NCBI GenBank assembly: GCA_020137815.1
Contig: CM035357.1
Span: forward strand, 744,001-808,000
DNA from: Hormiphora californensis
Lineage: Eukaryota > Animalia > Ctenophora
DNA: 64,000 nucleotides
Direction of reading: 5' to 3'
A program made the position numbers and the translations under genes. The notes under the pieces were generated by a model. It made no database searches and had not been told where the DNA came from. It saw only the letters and a list, made by a program, of their open reading frames with translations. Below are positions 44,781-57,342 of the stretch, piece after piece; within the stretch, counting starts at the first letter, position 1; each line of letters opens with the position of its first letter.

Positions 44781-47700
44781 ATGAAGCTTATCCTGTTATG
44801 TACGGCAACATTTCTCTGTTGTGAATCTATCACAACACCTGCACAAAGCAATGTGATAGAGCCAACCACCAAACCTTCAAAGATCCCTAATAAACAACTA
44901 CATGATCTTGCAGCTTATGATTCTACACGTACAACTGGAACTAATACCACTCGTGCTTTCAATTCTACATCACTTTATTCCAGTAGTCCTCCTACGTCCA
45001 ATTGTACAGTTGTTGATATAAAGGGCTACTTGCACGAACAGTGCGGCGTTCCATTCAAATGTCCCTGGTCAGATCAATTTTATCACGCTAGTTCCTATGA
45101 AGAGGATGGATGCATCTTCTTTGAGGTAACAAACCGGTGCCAAAATGACCCAGGAATCTACCAGGCATGTGGGCTCGATGGGTGTTCAGGGTCCAGGGAG
45201 CTGAATGGAACAACTCTCCTCTGTGGAACGTACTTCTGTGGTGAGTGGGGTGGGAGCATAGTTGAAGATGCATACAGGTGCATTCCAGATAAACAGTGTG
45301 ATGGAGACTTGAACATGGTAAACTGTAATGACATAAATTGCAACGGACATTGTGATACAAGTCTTTGTTATGATGAGTCATACTGTAACGGTGTACAGTA
45401 TGGTGTAAACTGTACGGTCGATCAACAGCCAGTATTGTGGTCTCCTTGGTTTATGTGTGATGGTATGAGAGATTGTGACGATGGAGAAGATGAAGCTTTG
45501 TGCACCAATTGCAGTACCCTTGGTGACCATACCACATGTATTGGTTCACATAATAGTGAGAGGCAATGTATCTTACAAAGTATGCGGTGCTTCCCACCTA
45601 AATCCCTGGCCCTAATAGATCGAATATGTTGGGATGGGCAGGATCAGACCAACTGTAGTGATCCTGATAGAGTTGCAGTGCAGTGTCTGTTACAGGGATA
45701 CCCTACAAATATTTCCATCTGGGGATACTGCATCTGGGCATTTGGTGATCTTTGTGATGATAACTACAACAATGAATGTATTGAACCTGAACTAAGCTGT
45801 AAAATCCACAAGGGACAAATGTGTGATGGACATGTTGACTGTAAAACAGGTATTGATGAAATCTGTACAAGTGACACTACCATTAACTGTGTTCGAAGAT
45901 TCCAGTCAGAGCATCATGTGGAAAAGAATATCTCTCGACCAATACCGTTAGAATGGGTAATGGACGGGAAGACGGACTGTCTTGATGAAACAGATGAAGA
46001 TGAATCGCGGTGGAAAAAGTGTGGCTCGGACAATTTTACCTACTACGAAGACCCCAATTCAGGCTGTGAACCGGTTCTTTTGTGCCCGTTGGAAAAGAAA
46101 TTCATTCGCCCAGCGGAACTTTGCGATAAGATCCCCACCTGTCACTTTGAGATAAATCTCTGTACTGCAGTCATCGATATGGGAATGGGAGATAAAATAA
46201 ATAACACCGCTCTAAATTACAACGGACTCAGAATATTGCCACCGTGTGAACTCATCAATTCCGAAGGAAACCAATTGGATAACTGCACCATCAAAACCCA
46301 CACGGTCGGATTCGTACCAATAGTACTTGAGCTACATTTGGAGACTACAAGGATTAGAGTGCCTAACAAAAATATTAGCTGTAAAAATCTGTTTGGAGAA
46401 GACTATGTCTATGCAGCATGCAGCAACATTTGTAAGGAAGCCGCAGCCAAGTGTCCGCTGATCGATGTACCTGGAGACACTTGCATAACCCGTGCAAACA
46501 GTGTCCGAGCCCTCACATTAAATAATACACTTACAACTTTGCTGAAAATCGAAACTGGTGAGGGGGACAAGTACGACCAACAGATTTTCCCATGTTCTAA
46601 TAAAGAGTGTGTCCTGTATAACCAGGTGTGCGACCTTAAAGACGACTGTGGGGATGGTTCTGATGAGAAAGACTGTGTTAACAATTTCAAGTGTAACTCG
46701 AGTGATACTTATCTGGGCTTGACCCAAGTATGCAATGGAGTGGTGAGTTGTAGTGACTACTCGGACGAATGCCAGCCTGAATGCCCACCAAACCACTTTG
46801 ACATTTTCGAAAACAACCATCTGAGGATAGGCAGCTACATCGTGGGAACCATATCGACAGTGCTCAACACTGTATCCCTTGTGAGATCAGGCTCGAGACT
46901 CTCTGAAAAAAAGACGTTTGAAATGTTCCTGAACCAACTTGGCGTAATGTTGATTAACTTTGGAGACTTGTGCTTAGGACTTTATCTAATTGCAGTATCC
47001 TACTTTGACTATGCACACCAGCAATCAAAAGATTATTGTCAGAAACGTTACGAATGGTATACTTCTACAGAGTGCTCTTTTCTTGGGGTTCTCAGTACCA
47101 CTGGATCTCAACTTTCCCTTTTTGCAATGGCAATGCTGGCAATCAGTAGAGTCACCACAGTCGGAAGAATAGTCCTTAAAGACTGCAGATCCTACAAATC
47201 TATACTAAAAATAGGAATCTTCGCAGGAGGCCCAATACTCGCGAGTCTGTTGGTTGCACTAACTCCGATTTTACCGAACTTTGAAGACTACTTTGTTAAC
47301 GGCCTTTATTATGAAAAATCGCCGTTGTTTTTGGGAACCGTGAACAAGAACAGGCACATTGTGGCTTTTGATGCTTATTTTGGGCAGAATTCATCCTTGG
47401 GAAAAGATTCATCTTGGAAACAGATAAGATTAAAAGTTGCTGAAATGTTCTCAAAGGGCGGTCCTAACACAAAAGGTAAAATCTCAGTTTTTTATGAGCC
47501 AAGTTTTCCAAGTCCCTAACTAAGCGTACAAGCTAAAGCACAGATTTACTCTTAACACGATCATTTATCTTAGGTATAAGGTGTATCACCTTCTAAAATG
47601 CTTTATATTATGAATTTCGCACCGGTTATCTAAAATATTGCCATACCCACAGTTATACGTTTGGGTGTTTGGCTAAAAACATACAGCCAGCAATCCATAC

Positions 47701-48289
47701 CTTACTTTATTCATCATGCATTTCAATTTCTAACATATACCTTTCTCTTTCAGGAATGAGGGGAGAAACGGTTCACTTCTATGGAAATGCTGGTGTTTGC
47801 ATATTCAAATACTTGGTAAGGAAAGATGATCCACAGTGGATCTTTTCAACCGCTGTTTTAACGATGAACTGTCTCTGTTTCTTATTTATCGCCATAAGTT
47901 ACATTCTTATCGGCTACAGAACGAACAGGTCGGGTAAAGACAGCGGTCGTAATAGTGGAAATGATCGAGAACTTCAAACGAAGATTTTTGCCATCATCGT
48001 AACAGATTTCTTCTGCTGGATCCCTCTGGGGTTTGTGGCTTTCCTCCACCTAGCAGAAGTAATCAATGCCACCAGCTGGTATCCATATTTCTCTATCCTG
48101 ATTTTGCCGATCAACTCTGTCATCAATCCCTTCCTCTACGAATCAAATTTCTACATGGGCCTAGCAAGGTCAGCAATCTCATTATTGGTGGGTGTTTTGA
48201 GGAAAATGTGGGTAATCTGTAGCACCCTGCAGACTACAGCAGCAACCACCGCTCCAGAAGAAGTGGAAATCACGGAAACTGCTCTGTAA
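44781..48289 (+). CDS. Class A GPCR with a large Cys-rich/LDLa-repeat ectodomain (GRL101/relaxin-receptor-related); exons 44781-47475 and 47754-48289
   Basis: Signal peptide; LDLa motifs (CDGMRDCDDGEDE, CDGHVDCKTGIDE, CDLKDDCGDGSDE); TM motifs NFGDLCLGLYL, WYTSTECSFLGVLST, IIVTDFFCWIP, LPINSVINPFLY; phase-1 intron 47476-47753. Confidence 0.92.
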
Positions 48290-49497
48290 AGCAGCTAACT
48301 CATGATCAGATTTGGATTGCTATTAAAACTATCTTATATGCTTAGTCGTGTTGTCCGGTAACCCTGGTGAATGTTCGACGTGTGATTTACTACTTTACTT
48401 TCATAAAAATTGGCGTTAGTGTTATTGCATGAATTGAGATAATATTGAATTATTGAGTGAAATCCAGTAGACAATTCCCATGAGCAAAATAAGGTCGGGT
48501 GGATGAGACGCTTGTCACTGCACTGTCCCATAAAGTCGCATAGCTGCTGGATATTGACAGAGAAACAATTGGTAAAATTTTCGATTAATTTTTATGATTT
48601 TCCATTTAGTACCTACAGTTAATCATTGATTAAGTACCGTTTCTTATTTGGCTAGTTACACGAAAACTGATTAAAGGGATGACGTTATGAGGCTCACCAT
48701 GAAATACTGAACCAGCTTCATGTTCTAACCCTCCTTTATAATACGGGTTGCAAGAGTGGTAGTCTCAATTGCAGTGATATCCATATCAATGATGAGATCT
48801 GTTCAGTATTAAATAGGGAGAAAACTTAGAAAAATATCTGGCAAAACAGAGAATTTCACACGCATCACACGTCTCGTCGTCTCTCTCTTACTCTTTCTAT
48901 CTATCTCTCTTTTCCCACGCTGTTTTTCACACTTAAGCGGTTAGCTTAATAAAAAATCGCACTTGACGGTCTCCCTTGCACCTCGGGAGATCTCTGCGTT
49001 GAAAAGTATATTTTTTAATTTTCATACAAATACGAATACAATTATACCCCGCTTTTGGGCCTATGCATTGTTAGTGCTATACTAGGAGAACGCCGTTTCA
49101 CTCAGTCGATTGAAGCAATGCACCCACCACTAACAAGCCTTCTAAAGCTGCTTTGTTTAAATTGGAAAAATCTCAGTTGTTACCGACCAATTTGGACCTG
49201 CTGAACACGATCCCGCCCTCATAAAAGCTCTCAAACGTCAAGAACATTGTGACGCGCACGCTACACGTTAACATGTGACGTGCAAAAACATTCCACGCAC
49301 GAAAAGGGGGGTTCGAAAAATCCGACTTTACCCACTTACATAAATATAAACCACCCCCCCCCCCCTGCTGATATTTCCCGCAGTCTTCTGTGGTTAGTGT
49401 GGTATATCAAATAATTCCCTCCCTCTGTTGTCAGTGCCCATTCACACCTTTCATAATTCCCGGGGTCGGTTTATAAAAAATAACCACGGCTAGTAAA

Positions 49498-49638
49498 CCC
49501 TACTAAAATATAGTTCGACGCGACGCGACGCGCGATCGATGAACGATCGATAAACGATCGATAAACGATCGATATCGATCGTTTATCGATCGTTCATCGA
49601 TCGCGCATCGCGTCGCGTCGAACTATATTTTAGTAGGG
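49498..49638. mobile_element. 141-bp CpG-rich palindromic MITE (CCCTACTAAAATA termini, AA flanks); EnSpm/CACTA-like
   Basis: Near-perfect palindrome centred on ATCGATATCGAT; AA on both sides. Confidence 0.7.
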
Positions 49639-50749
49639 AAGTGATAAAATATGATAATCCCCTACGGGGATTATCACACGATATACCCCTCGTCGCGTTG
49701 CTCCTCGTGGATATCGATTTGATATACCAGCCTGACAGGCTGGTATATCAAATTTCATCCCTCCACTAGCCGGGGTTATCTATATTATATATGCTACTAG
49801 GCTGGAAAGCTAAAAGGCTCCAGCAGTTACCTAAAGCGGGCTAACTGATTGAGGTAAAAGGGATACTAGTAATACAAAGAAGTGAGGCTTGTAGTTAGGT
49901 TACGATATAAGAACGATACGAGGAGGGTGGGCCTACTAAAACGCAAGACATAACTTACAAGTTTACAATTTTACAATTAAAGTTTTATCTATAAAGAAAC
50001 AGGCCTTCCCTGAATGGGTCCACCTAAATAAATATTAATTCTATCCCTTCACACTCACACTCATCAGCACAGCACAGCACATTGAGGCGAAAGGTCGCAT
50101 TTGGAAGTGGCGGGTACCCTCTGACTGGAGGACGATCGTAGCTGAGAGTGAGAGGTAAGAAGAGGAGATGGACTAAATTACTGTGATAAATAACACTCAA
50201 CGGACAAATGAGTATGACCCATGCAGCATGGTGTTCAGCGGGTCTAAATTAGTCAAAATTAGTCGGTAGCAACCGCGATTTGTCAAATTTAAACAAAAGG
50301 TAAATATTTATTCTTTTCGGGGACACAAACGGGAGATCGCCCGCAGAGATCTCCCGAGGTGCAAATGAGTCGACGCAAAGGTAAGTCGGAAGAACCTGTC
50401 CGTTCCTCTCATGAGCGCTCATGAGTGTATCATGAGTGTGTCATGAGTGTATCATGAGTGTATCATGAGTGTATCATGAGCGCTCATGAGACATATGTCG
50501 GCGCTTTACAATGCGTGGTTCTTGTGCTAAGTTCCGACAGGTTGTTTAAACAAGACGGATTGGTTACCAACTAAAACGCGGTCTTTTCAAGGCATAAATA
50601 ATTAGTGTATTTACAAAGTCAAGTTTCCAATAACTGCATCATGCATAGCATTACTAATGTACTCCATCTCTATCGCTCATTTTGATCTCTTAATTTATAA
50701 CTTTAGCGCGTATATACACGTTACTCTATATTACTATGAACATAGATAC

Positions 50750-50985
50750 TTGACTTCAGTTGACTGATCTCGAGAACTGGTGTCTCTCACAATACTTTTG
50801 CTGAAGTCAAGTATAGAGCTTCTGAGGTATTTGACTTCAGTTGACTGATCTCGAGAACTGGTGTCTCTCACAATACTTTTGCTGAAGTCAAACCCTAAGC
50901 TTTTGGAGGTATTTGACTTCAGTTGACTGATCTCGAGAACTGGTGTCTCTCACAATACTTTTGCTGAAGTCAAACCCTAAGCTTT
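50750..50985. repeat. Three ~81-bp tandem units, each a hairpin (TTGACTTCAG...CTGAAGTCAA)
   Basis: Units start at 50750, 50831 and 50913. Confidence 0.9.
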
Positions 50986-51536
50986 TATCTCTACTCTTCT
51001 CTACTCTACCCCCCAACCCAACTGAGGTCTCAAATCACAAACATCATATTTTATACTCGATTCTCGATCACGCATGATTCTCTCTTCCCTTAGTTATTCT
51101 ATTAATCTCTCTCACGCGTTACAGACGTCTGATTGGTCTATCTTATCAATAACTTAACGCTGATTGGTTCATCAAGAACAATAACTTAATACTGATTGGT
51201 CAATCTCTAAACAATAGATCTCTGCTAAGATTTAGTAAACAACGGTCACGTACGACACTATCTTCCCTTATATTTTATAACACTCTCACTCACAAAACTG
51301 TTTCTACGATTACATCATTCTATTGTCTTCACTCAACATTAAATCATCCTATTGTCTCCACTTCCGGTTGGCATCGTTCCAACATTAGATCATCCTATTG
51401 TCTCCACTTCCGGTTGGCATCGTTCCATCTGGCATCATTCCATCTGGCATCGTTCCATCTGGCTTCGTTCCAACTTCCAATATCCCATATGATATACAAG
51501 TAACTTGGGTACACAAATTCCTAGTCCAGGTCTATG

Positions 51537-52766
51537 TAGACCCCGCCGGCTCAAATAGACGCACGGCGCGCTCAAACAATTTGCACTGGTCTATTGGGCC
51601 GTGCACTGCCGTGAGTTTGTGTCTCGATAGACGCACGCCCTCTGACAGATTTGTGTAAAGATCACAAAGAATCACTGGAAACACGATAAAATGACTTGGT
51701 AACTCAAGAGGGAGTGTGTGTACAACCTACAACGCTCTCTATCTAGATTTGGCGCCCGCCAGTCTGTTGCAACTGTTGCTCATGACCCACAATTAACTGT
51801 AATCTCTCTCTGCATTCCACGCTTTGAAACTGTTACAACGATTGTTACGAGTGTGTAGGAATGTAGAGAGGCACTCTGTAGCTTCATTTCTAACTGTTTG
51901 ACCCGTTTTGTGTGAGCTCTCTCTGTGTCAACCACCTAATTTGTGCTTGTTTTGCTTCTAGGTGCCCGCCAGCGGGGTCTATAGAACACAACTCCCTCCC
52001 TTACGTGCAGATATACCTCGGGATTTACAGGGCTGTAACGCACGGGTCCCTTCGGGACCCGTGCATTACAGCTCAATAGACGCACTGCTCTGCAGTGCAT
52101 CTATTGAATAGATGCCCGCGCGGGAGGGAGTTATGTACTATATAGTACATAACTCCCTCCCGCGCGGGCATCTATTCAATAGACGCACTGCAGAGCAGTG
52201 CGTCTATTGAGCTGTAATGCACGGGTCCCGAAGGGACCCGTGCGTTACAGCCCTGTAAATCCCGAGCGTCAGCGAGGGGTTTACAGGTATATCTGCACGT
52301 AAGGGAGGGAGTTGTGTTCTATAGACCCCGCTGGCGGGCACCTAGAAGCAAAACAAGCACAAATTAGGTGGTTGACACAAAGAGAGCTCACACAAAACGG
52401 GTCAAACAGTTAGAAATGAAGCTACAGAGTGCCTCTCTACATTCCTACACACTCGTAACAATCGTTGTAACAGTTTCAAAGCGTGGAATGCAGAGAGAGA
52501 TTACAGTTAATTGTGGGTCATGAGCAACAGTTGCAACAGACTGGCGGGCGCCAAATCTAGATAGAGAGCGTTGTAGGTTGTACACACACTCCCTCTTGAG
52601 TTACCAAGTCATTTTATCGTGTTTCCAGTGATTCTTTGTGATCTTTACACAAATCTGTCAGAGGGCGTGCGTCTATCGAGACACAAACTCACGGCAGTGC
52701 ACGGCCCAATAGACCAGTGCAAATTGTTTGAGCGCGCCGTGCGTCTATTTGAGCCGGCAGGGTCTA
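51537..52766. mobile_element. 1.23-kb spacerless palindrome built from two MITE-like modules (A-B-B'-A')
   Basis: Centre ATGTACTATATAGTACAT near 52141; outer ends TAGACCCCGCCGGC / GCCGGCAGGGTCTA. Confidence 0.85.
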
Positions 52767-52833
52767 TACTAAGTTGGAAACGTGTAGAATACACGGGTCC
52801 AACACATATGTTCATCCCATCTCTGTTTCAATG

Positions 52834-53229
52834 TCTCATGAGCGCTCATGAGACGTTTTGACCTACATGTGCTCATGAGTGTATCATGAGACATGTCTCA
52901 TGACACATATGTCTCATGAGACGTTAGGGTTATGGTTATGGTTGGGTTTAGGGTTGGGTTAGGGTTAGGGCTTTCCTTTAGGTCTAGGGAGTCAGGGACC
53001 CGTAGAGGGTAGGGCTAGGTCCAAGCCTATGGGTCAACCCTAACCCTATCCCTACGGGTCCCTAGACCTAAAGGATAACTCTAACCCTAGCCCAACCGTA
53101 AACCCAACCCTAACCCTAACCCTAACCCTAACCCTAACATGTCTCATGAGACATATGTCTCATGAGACATGTCTCATGATACACTCATGAGCACATGTAG
53201 GTCAAAACGTCTCATGAGCGCTCATGAGC
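52834..53229. repeat. Imperfect palindrome with TTAGGG-like and CCCTAA-like tracts
   Basis: Arms TCTCATGAGCGCTCATGAGACGTTTTGACCTACATGTG and its reverse complement enclose GGGTTA and TAACCC runs. Confidence 0.8.
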
Positions 53230-53441
53230 AAGGTCTCATGAGCACTCATGAGCGCTCATGATACACTCATGTAAATGTAATGTAAATGTAAATGTAAATG
53301 TAAATGTAATATAATCATTTATATATACCACTTTATAGTGTAAAATAATGGAGCACGCACCAACAGCCTACGCTTGACATACTCTCTCACTTTCAAAAGT
53401 GGTACAGATACAAAACACGAGCATAACAAAACACGAACATA

Positions 53442-55006
53442 CAAGGTGGGCCACGGATTGTTGGTAAGGGTTAGCGAGTTGTCCCGTGAAAACGGTGATA
53501 GTTGCGAGAATAAAAATCATGGGAGCACTCTGGATCAATTTCTTGGTAACTTTTTCCATAATTTTTTGTCAAAAATTTGAAAATTCATTTTTCATTCCTT
53601 CATTCATTTCTCGTTCATTTATGATGTGAGCATCCTAATTTTCCATCATGGTGCTATTTTTCTTTGGCTTGAATTTATCTTTCCAATGAACACCATAAAA
53701 ATGAAATTGAAGCACCAGGTCACGTTGCAGTTGAGAAAATGCTCATGCATGATTTTGGCTCTTCCTGCGACTTTCAATGAGCTGTATCACGGCTCCCTTT
53801 TGTTCAATCTTTTTCAAAATTTGGGAGAACATTGGATAAACAAAGATCTTTGCTCACAAGAAAAATCAAGGTCAAAACTCAAAGTTCATTTTTCATTTTT
53901 GGTAGTTCATTCCACTCATTCAGGAACTAACATCCCTAAAGTCATGAAAAGTTTTGGGTTTTGTTTGGCCTATGCTCTGCAATGCCAGAGAGGTGTAGTA
54001 GCGTGTTTCCGGGCTAGTTTTTGGGTGTCCATGTGATCATGATGATACCTGACACCTTATTTGGGCCATAATTAAGAGATTTTCTCAAGTTGAAGCATGT
54101 GACTTGGGTTTTCTGTGATTGATATCGTGAAACAATGTTATGGGATCCCATAGCACCCCTAAAATGATGATTAATTCAACAAAATGAGTTGATTTATTAT
54201 TGAAAAGATTCAAACCGAAGACAAACTCAACTAAACGAACAATTTCGATCATAAATCAACTCATTTTGTTGAATTAATCATCATTTTAGGGGTGCTATGG
54301 GATCCCATAACATTGTTTCACGATATCAATCACAGAAAACCCAAGTCACATGCTTCAACTTGAGAAAATCGCTTAATTATGGCCCAAATAAGGTGTCAGA
54401 TATCATCATGATCACATGGACACCCAAAAACTCGCCCGGAAACACGCTACTACACCTCTCTGGCATTGCAGAGCATAGGCCAAACAAAACCCAAAACTTT
54501 TCATGACTTTAGGGATGTTAGTTCCTGCATGAGTGGAATGAACTATCAAAAATGAAAAATGAACTTTGAGTTTTGACCTTGATTTTTCTTGTGAGCAAAG
54601 ATCTTTGTTTATCCAATGTTCTCCCAAATTTTGAAAAAGATTGAACAAAAGGGAGCCGTGATACAGCTCATTGAAAGTCGCAGGAAGAGCCAAAATCATG
54701 CATGAGCATTTTCTCAACTGCAACGTGACCTGGTGCTTCAATTTCATTTTTATGGTGTTCATTGGAAAGATAAATTCAAGCCAAAGAAAAATAGCACCAT
54801 GATGGAAAATTAGGATGCTCACATCATAAATGAACGAGAAATGAATGAAGGAATGAAAAATGAATTTTCAAATTTTTGACAAAAAATTATGGAAAAAGTT
54901 ACCAAGAAATTGATCCAGAGTGCTCCCATGATTTTTATTCTCGCAACTATCACCGTTTTCACGGGACAACTCGCTAACCCTTACCAACAATCCGTGGCCC
55001 ACCTTG
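53442..55006. mobile_element. 1.56-kb foldback element (~755-bp arms, CAAGGTGGGCC termini), TA TSD; Tc1/mariner-like
   Basis: Arms are reverse complements around a ~50-bp spacer (54198-54250); the mirror ORFs 53626-54036 and 54412-54822 reflect this. Confidence 0.88.
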
Positions 55007-55842
55007 TACAAACACGAACATACAAAACACGAACATACAAAACACGAACATATACCACGAACATTCAAAACACGATCATAACAGTTACTAGAACATCGGG
55101 ACAAATAAATAGACCAACAAATCAACCCACCGACACAACCCATGACACCCCATGACACCCCATGACACACTCATGATACACTCATGAGACGTTGAAACAC
55201 CTAAAAACGTCTCATGAGCGATCATGATACACTCATGATACCAGATACACTCATGAGCGCTCATGAGAGGAACGGACAGGTTCTTCCGACTTACCGACGC
55301 AAATTTATCCAGAAAAATTGAGACAAAAATCGGAAATTTTCACAAAAAAAACTGAATGATGAGTTCAAAATTTGAAGTCTAGCACCGCGCACCGCGCGTT
55401 ACGTTCAATGCAGCGCTCATCTCATCGAAATTTTCCGTTCAAAATGTTAAGCGGCGAACGCGAACAGAACGGAAAACGTTAAAGGTCCTCTGACTCGAAA
55501 AAACAACTTTGTCTAAATTGACAGTGCATGAAAAATCATGAAGATCCCAGGTTATCTCACACTCTACGGATTCCTCCTTCCCCCTCTAATTAGGTGTTAA
55601 AAGGTTGCCCCACGCCACCCCTTCCGAGCTGAGGCAGCACATAGGACCTCTCCCCCCTTTGTGTTTACACACAAAAACTGATTACATTTACAAACAATGA
55701 CATTACTGACAAGTGTGATATCATAAATTATCCATGATACATAAAAAGGAAATCTCAAAACACGTTTCTTCAAATTAGTGAATGATTTGTATTTAAATAC
55801 ATGAATTAAACACATGAAAATTAGTATCAAATACTTTTGTCA

Positions 55843-56650
55843 ATCCCTCAGAGCACACTAGATACCCCTCAGAGCACACTAGATACCCCTCAGAGCACAC
55901 TAGATACCCCTCAGAGCACACTAGATACCCCTCAGAGCACACTAGATACCCCTCAGAGCACACTAGATACCCCTCAGAGCACACTAGATACCCCTCAGAG
56001 CACACTAGATACCCCTCAGAGCACACTAGATACCCCTCAGAGCACACTAGATACCCCTCAGAGCACACTAGATACCCCTCAGAGCACACTAGATACCCCT
56101 CAGAGCACACTAGATACCCCTCAGAGCACACTAGATACCCCTCAGAGCACACTAGATACCCCTCAGAGCACACTAGATACCCCTCAGAGCACACTAGATA
56201 CCCCTCAGAGCACACTAGATACCCCTCAGAGCACACTAGATACCCCTCAGAGCACACTAGATACCCCTCAGAGCACACTAGATACCCCTCAGAGCACACT
56301 AGATACCCCTCAGAGCCTACTAGATACCCCTCAGAGCCCACTAGATACCCCTCACACCCTGATAGATACCCTCAGAGCCTGCTAGATACGCCTCAGAGCC
56401 TACTATAGCCTCAGACGTTATTAGATACCTCTCACATCCTATATGAAAAACTGGGAAATACCTCTCATATGTTACTAGATATTATTATATCCCCAGACCC
56501 TTCCAAACACCCCTCTGACCCTCTCAATACCCCTCAGACCCTGCTAGAGACTACGAGTTTGTTACCCATCTCTTAGCCGCCTCTAGATATACCTCAAACC
56601 CTACTGGACACCCGTCAGAGTGTATAATATGACCCTCAGATCCTACTAGA
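55843..56650. repeat. 21-bp minisatellite (ATACCCCTCAGAGCACACTAG)n, ~24 clean copies decaying rightward, with inverted remnants to ~56820
   Basis: Directly visible. Confidence 0.95.
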
Positions 56651-57342
56651 TAAAGTCGATGGATCTGAGAGGTATCTAGAAGGGTCAGAGGAGTGTCTAA
56701 AAGGGTCAGAGGGTTAGCTGCTAACGTATTTAGAAATTCTGAGGTCCTATACTGGATCCGAGGGAAGGCGGAGGGTATCTACTAAGCTGTGAGGTGTAGA
56801 GTTGAAGGGGTATCTAGAATTAAGGGTCTAAGGGAAATCCCCCCCCCCCCCCGGATGTTTAGTAACAACAGAGGGTCATCTACCAGGGCGTTTAACCTAA
56901 CCATTGCTCTATTCCTAGAAATAACACCTGTACCGGTTTACAAATCAACCCAAGGAGTAAAGACAACCTTTAGCATAGATTGTGTGTAGCAGAATTTATT
57001 AAGTCAAGGGTCACAGAAATTCATAAGATACTTAATATTGATGTGAAAATGTCAACTTAATTCGGGGCCTGGCAAGGCCCCCCGACCCGAATATAAACCA
57101 AACTCAACCCATCCCCCCTAAAACATCCCCCCTAAAACTAAAACAACGGGGCCGAGCCGACAGGCCCTTAATACCAGATGAAAAAAAACCATAAACCATA
57201 ACCATAGATATTTTTAGAGTGAAAGTTTTGAAGCCCCCTGAAGTAGTAGAGAGGTGTTCTATGGCTCGTTGGAAAGGTCTCGAGGTCCCGCGACGTATAG
57301 GGGGTGTGGCGATGGCCATACCCAAACCTATAAGGGGTAGGA

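Larger units (their letters stand above)
50380..55295. mobile_element. 4.9-kb non-autonomous element, TIR GGTAAGTCGGAAGAACCTGTCCGTTCCTCTCATGAG, 8-bp TSD GACGCAAA; Merlin-like; contains nested foldbacks
   Basis: TSD at 50372-50379 and 55296-55303; GGTAA termini; TCATGA-rich subterminal repeats; no transposase ORF. Confidence 0.87.

Noticed and set aside
50750-50985. CRISPR-like hairpin repeats with spacers
   Set aside because: Linkers are related to each other, there are only three units, and no cas genes.
53270-53312. (TGTAAA)n run as a LINE or SINE tail
   Set aside because: No adjoining reverse-transcriptase or Pol III box evidence.
53626-54822. Twin 136-aa ORFs as a transposase or gene pair
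   Set aside because: Mirror images from the foldback arms; no DDE or HTH motifs recognised.
55793-56385. 182-aa ORFs on both strands
   Set aside because: Stop-free 21-bp satellite with no other coding evidence.
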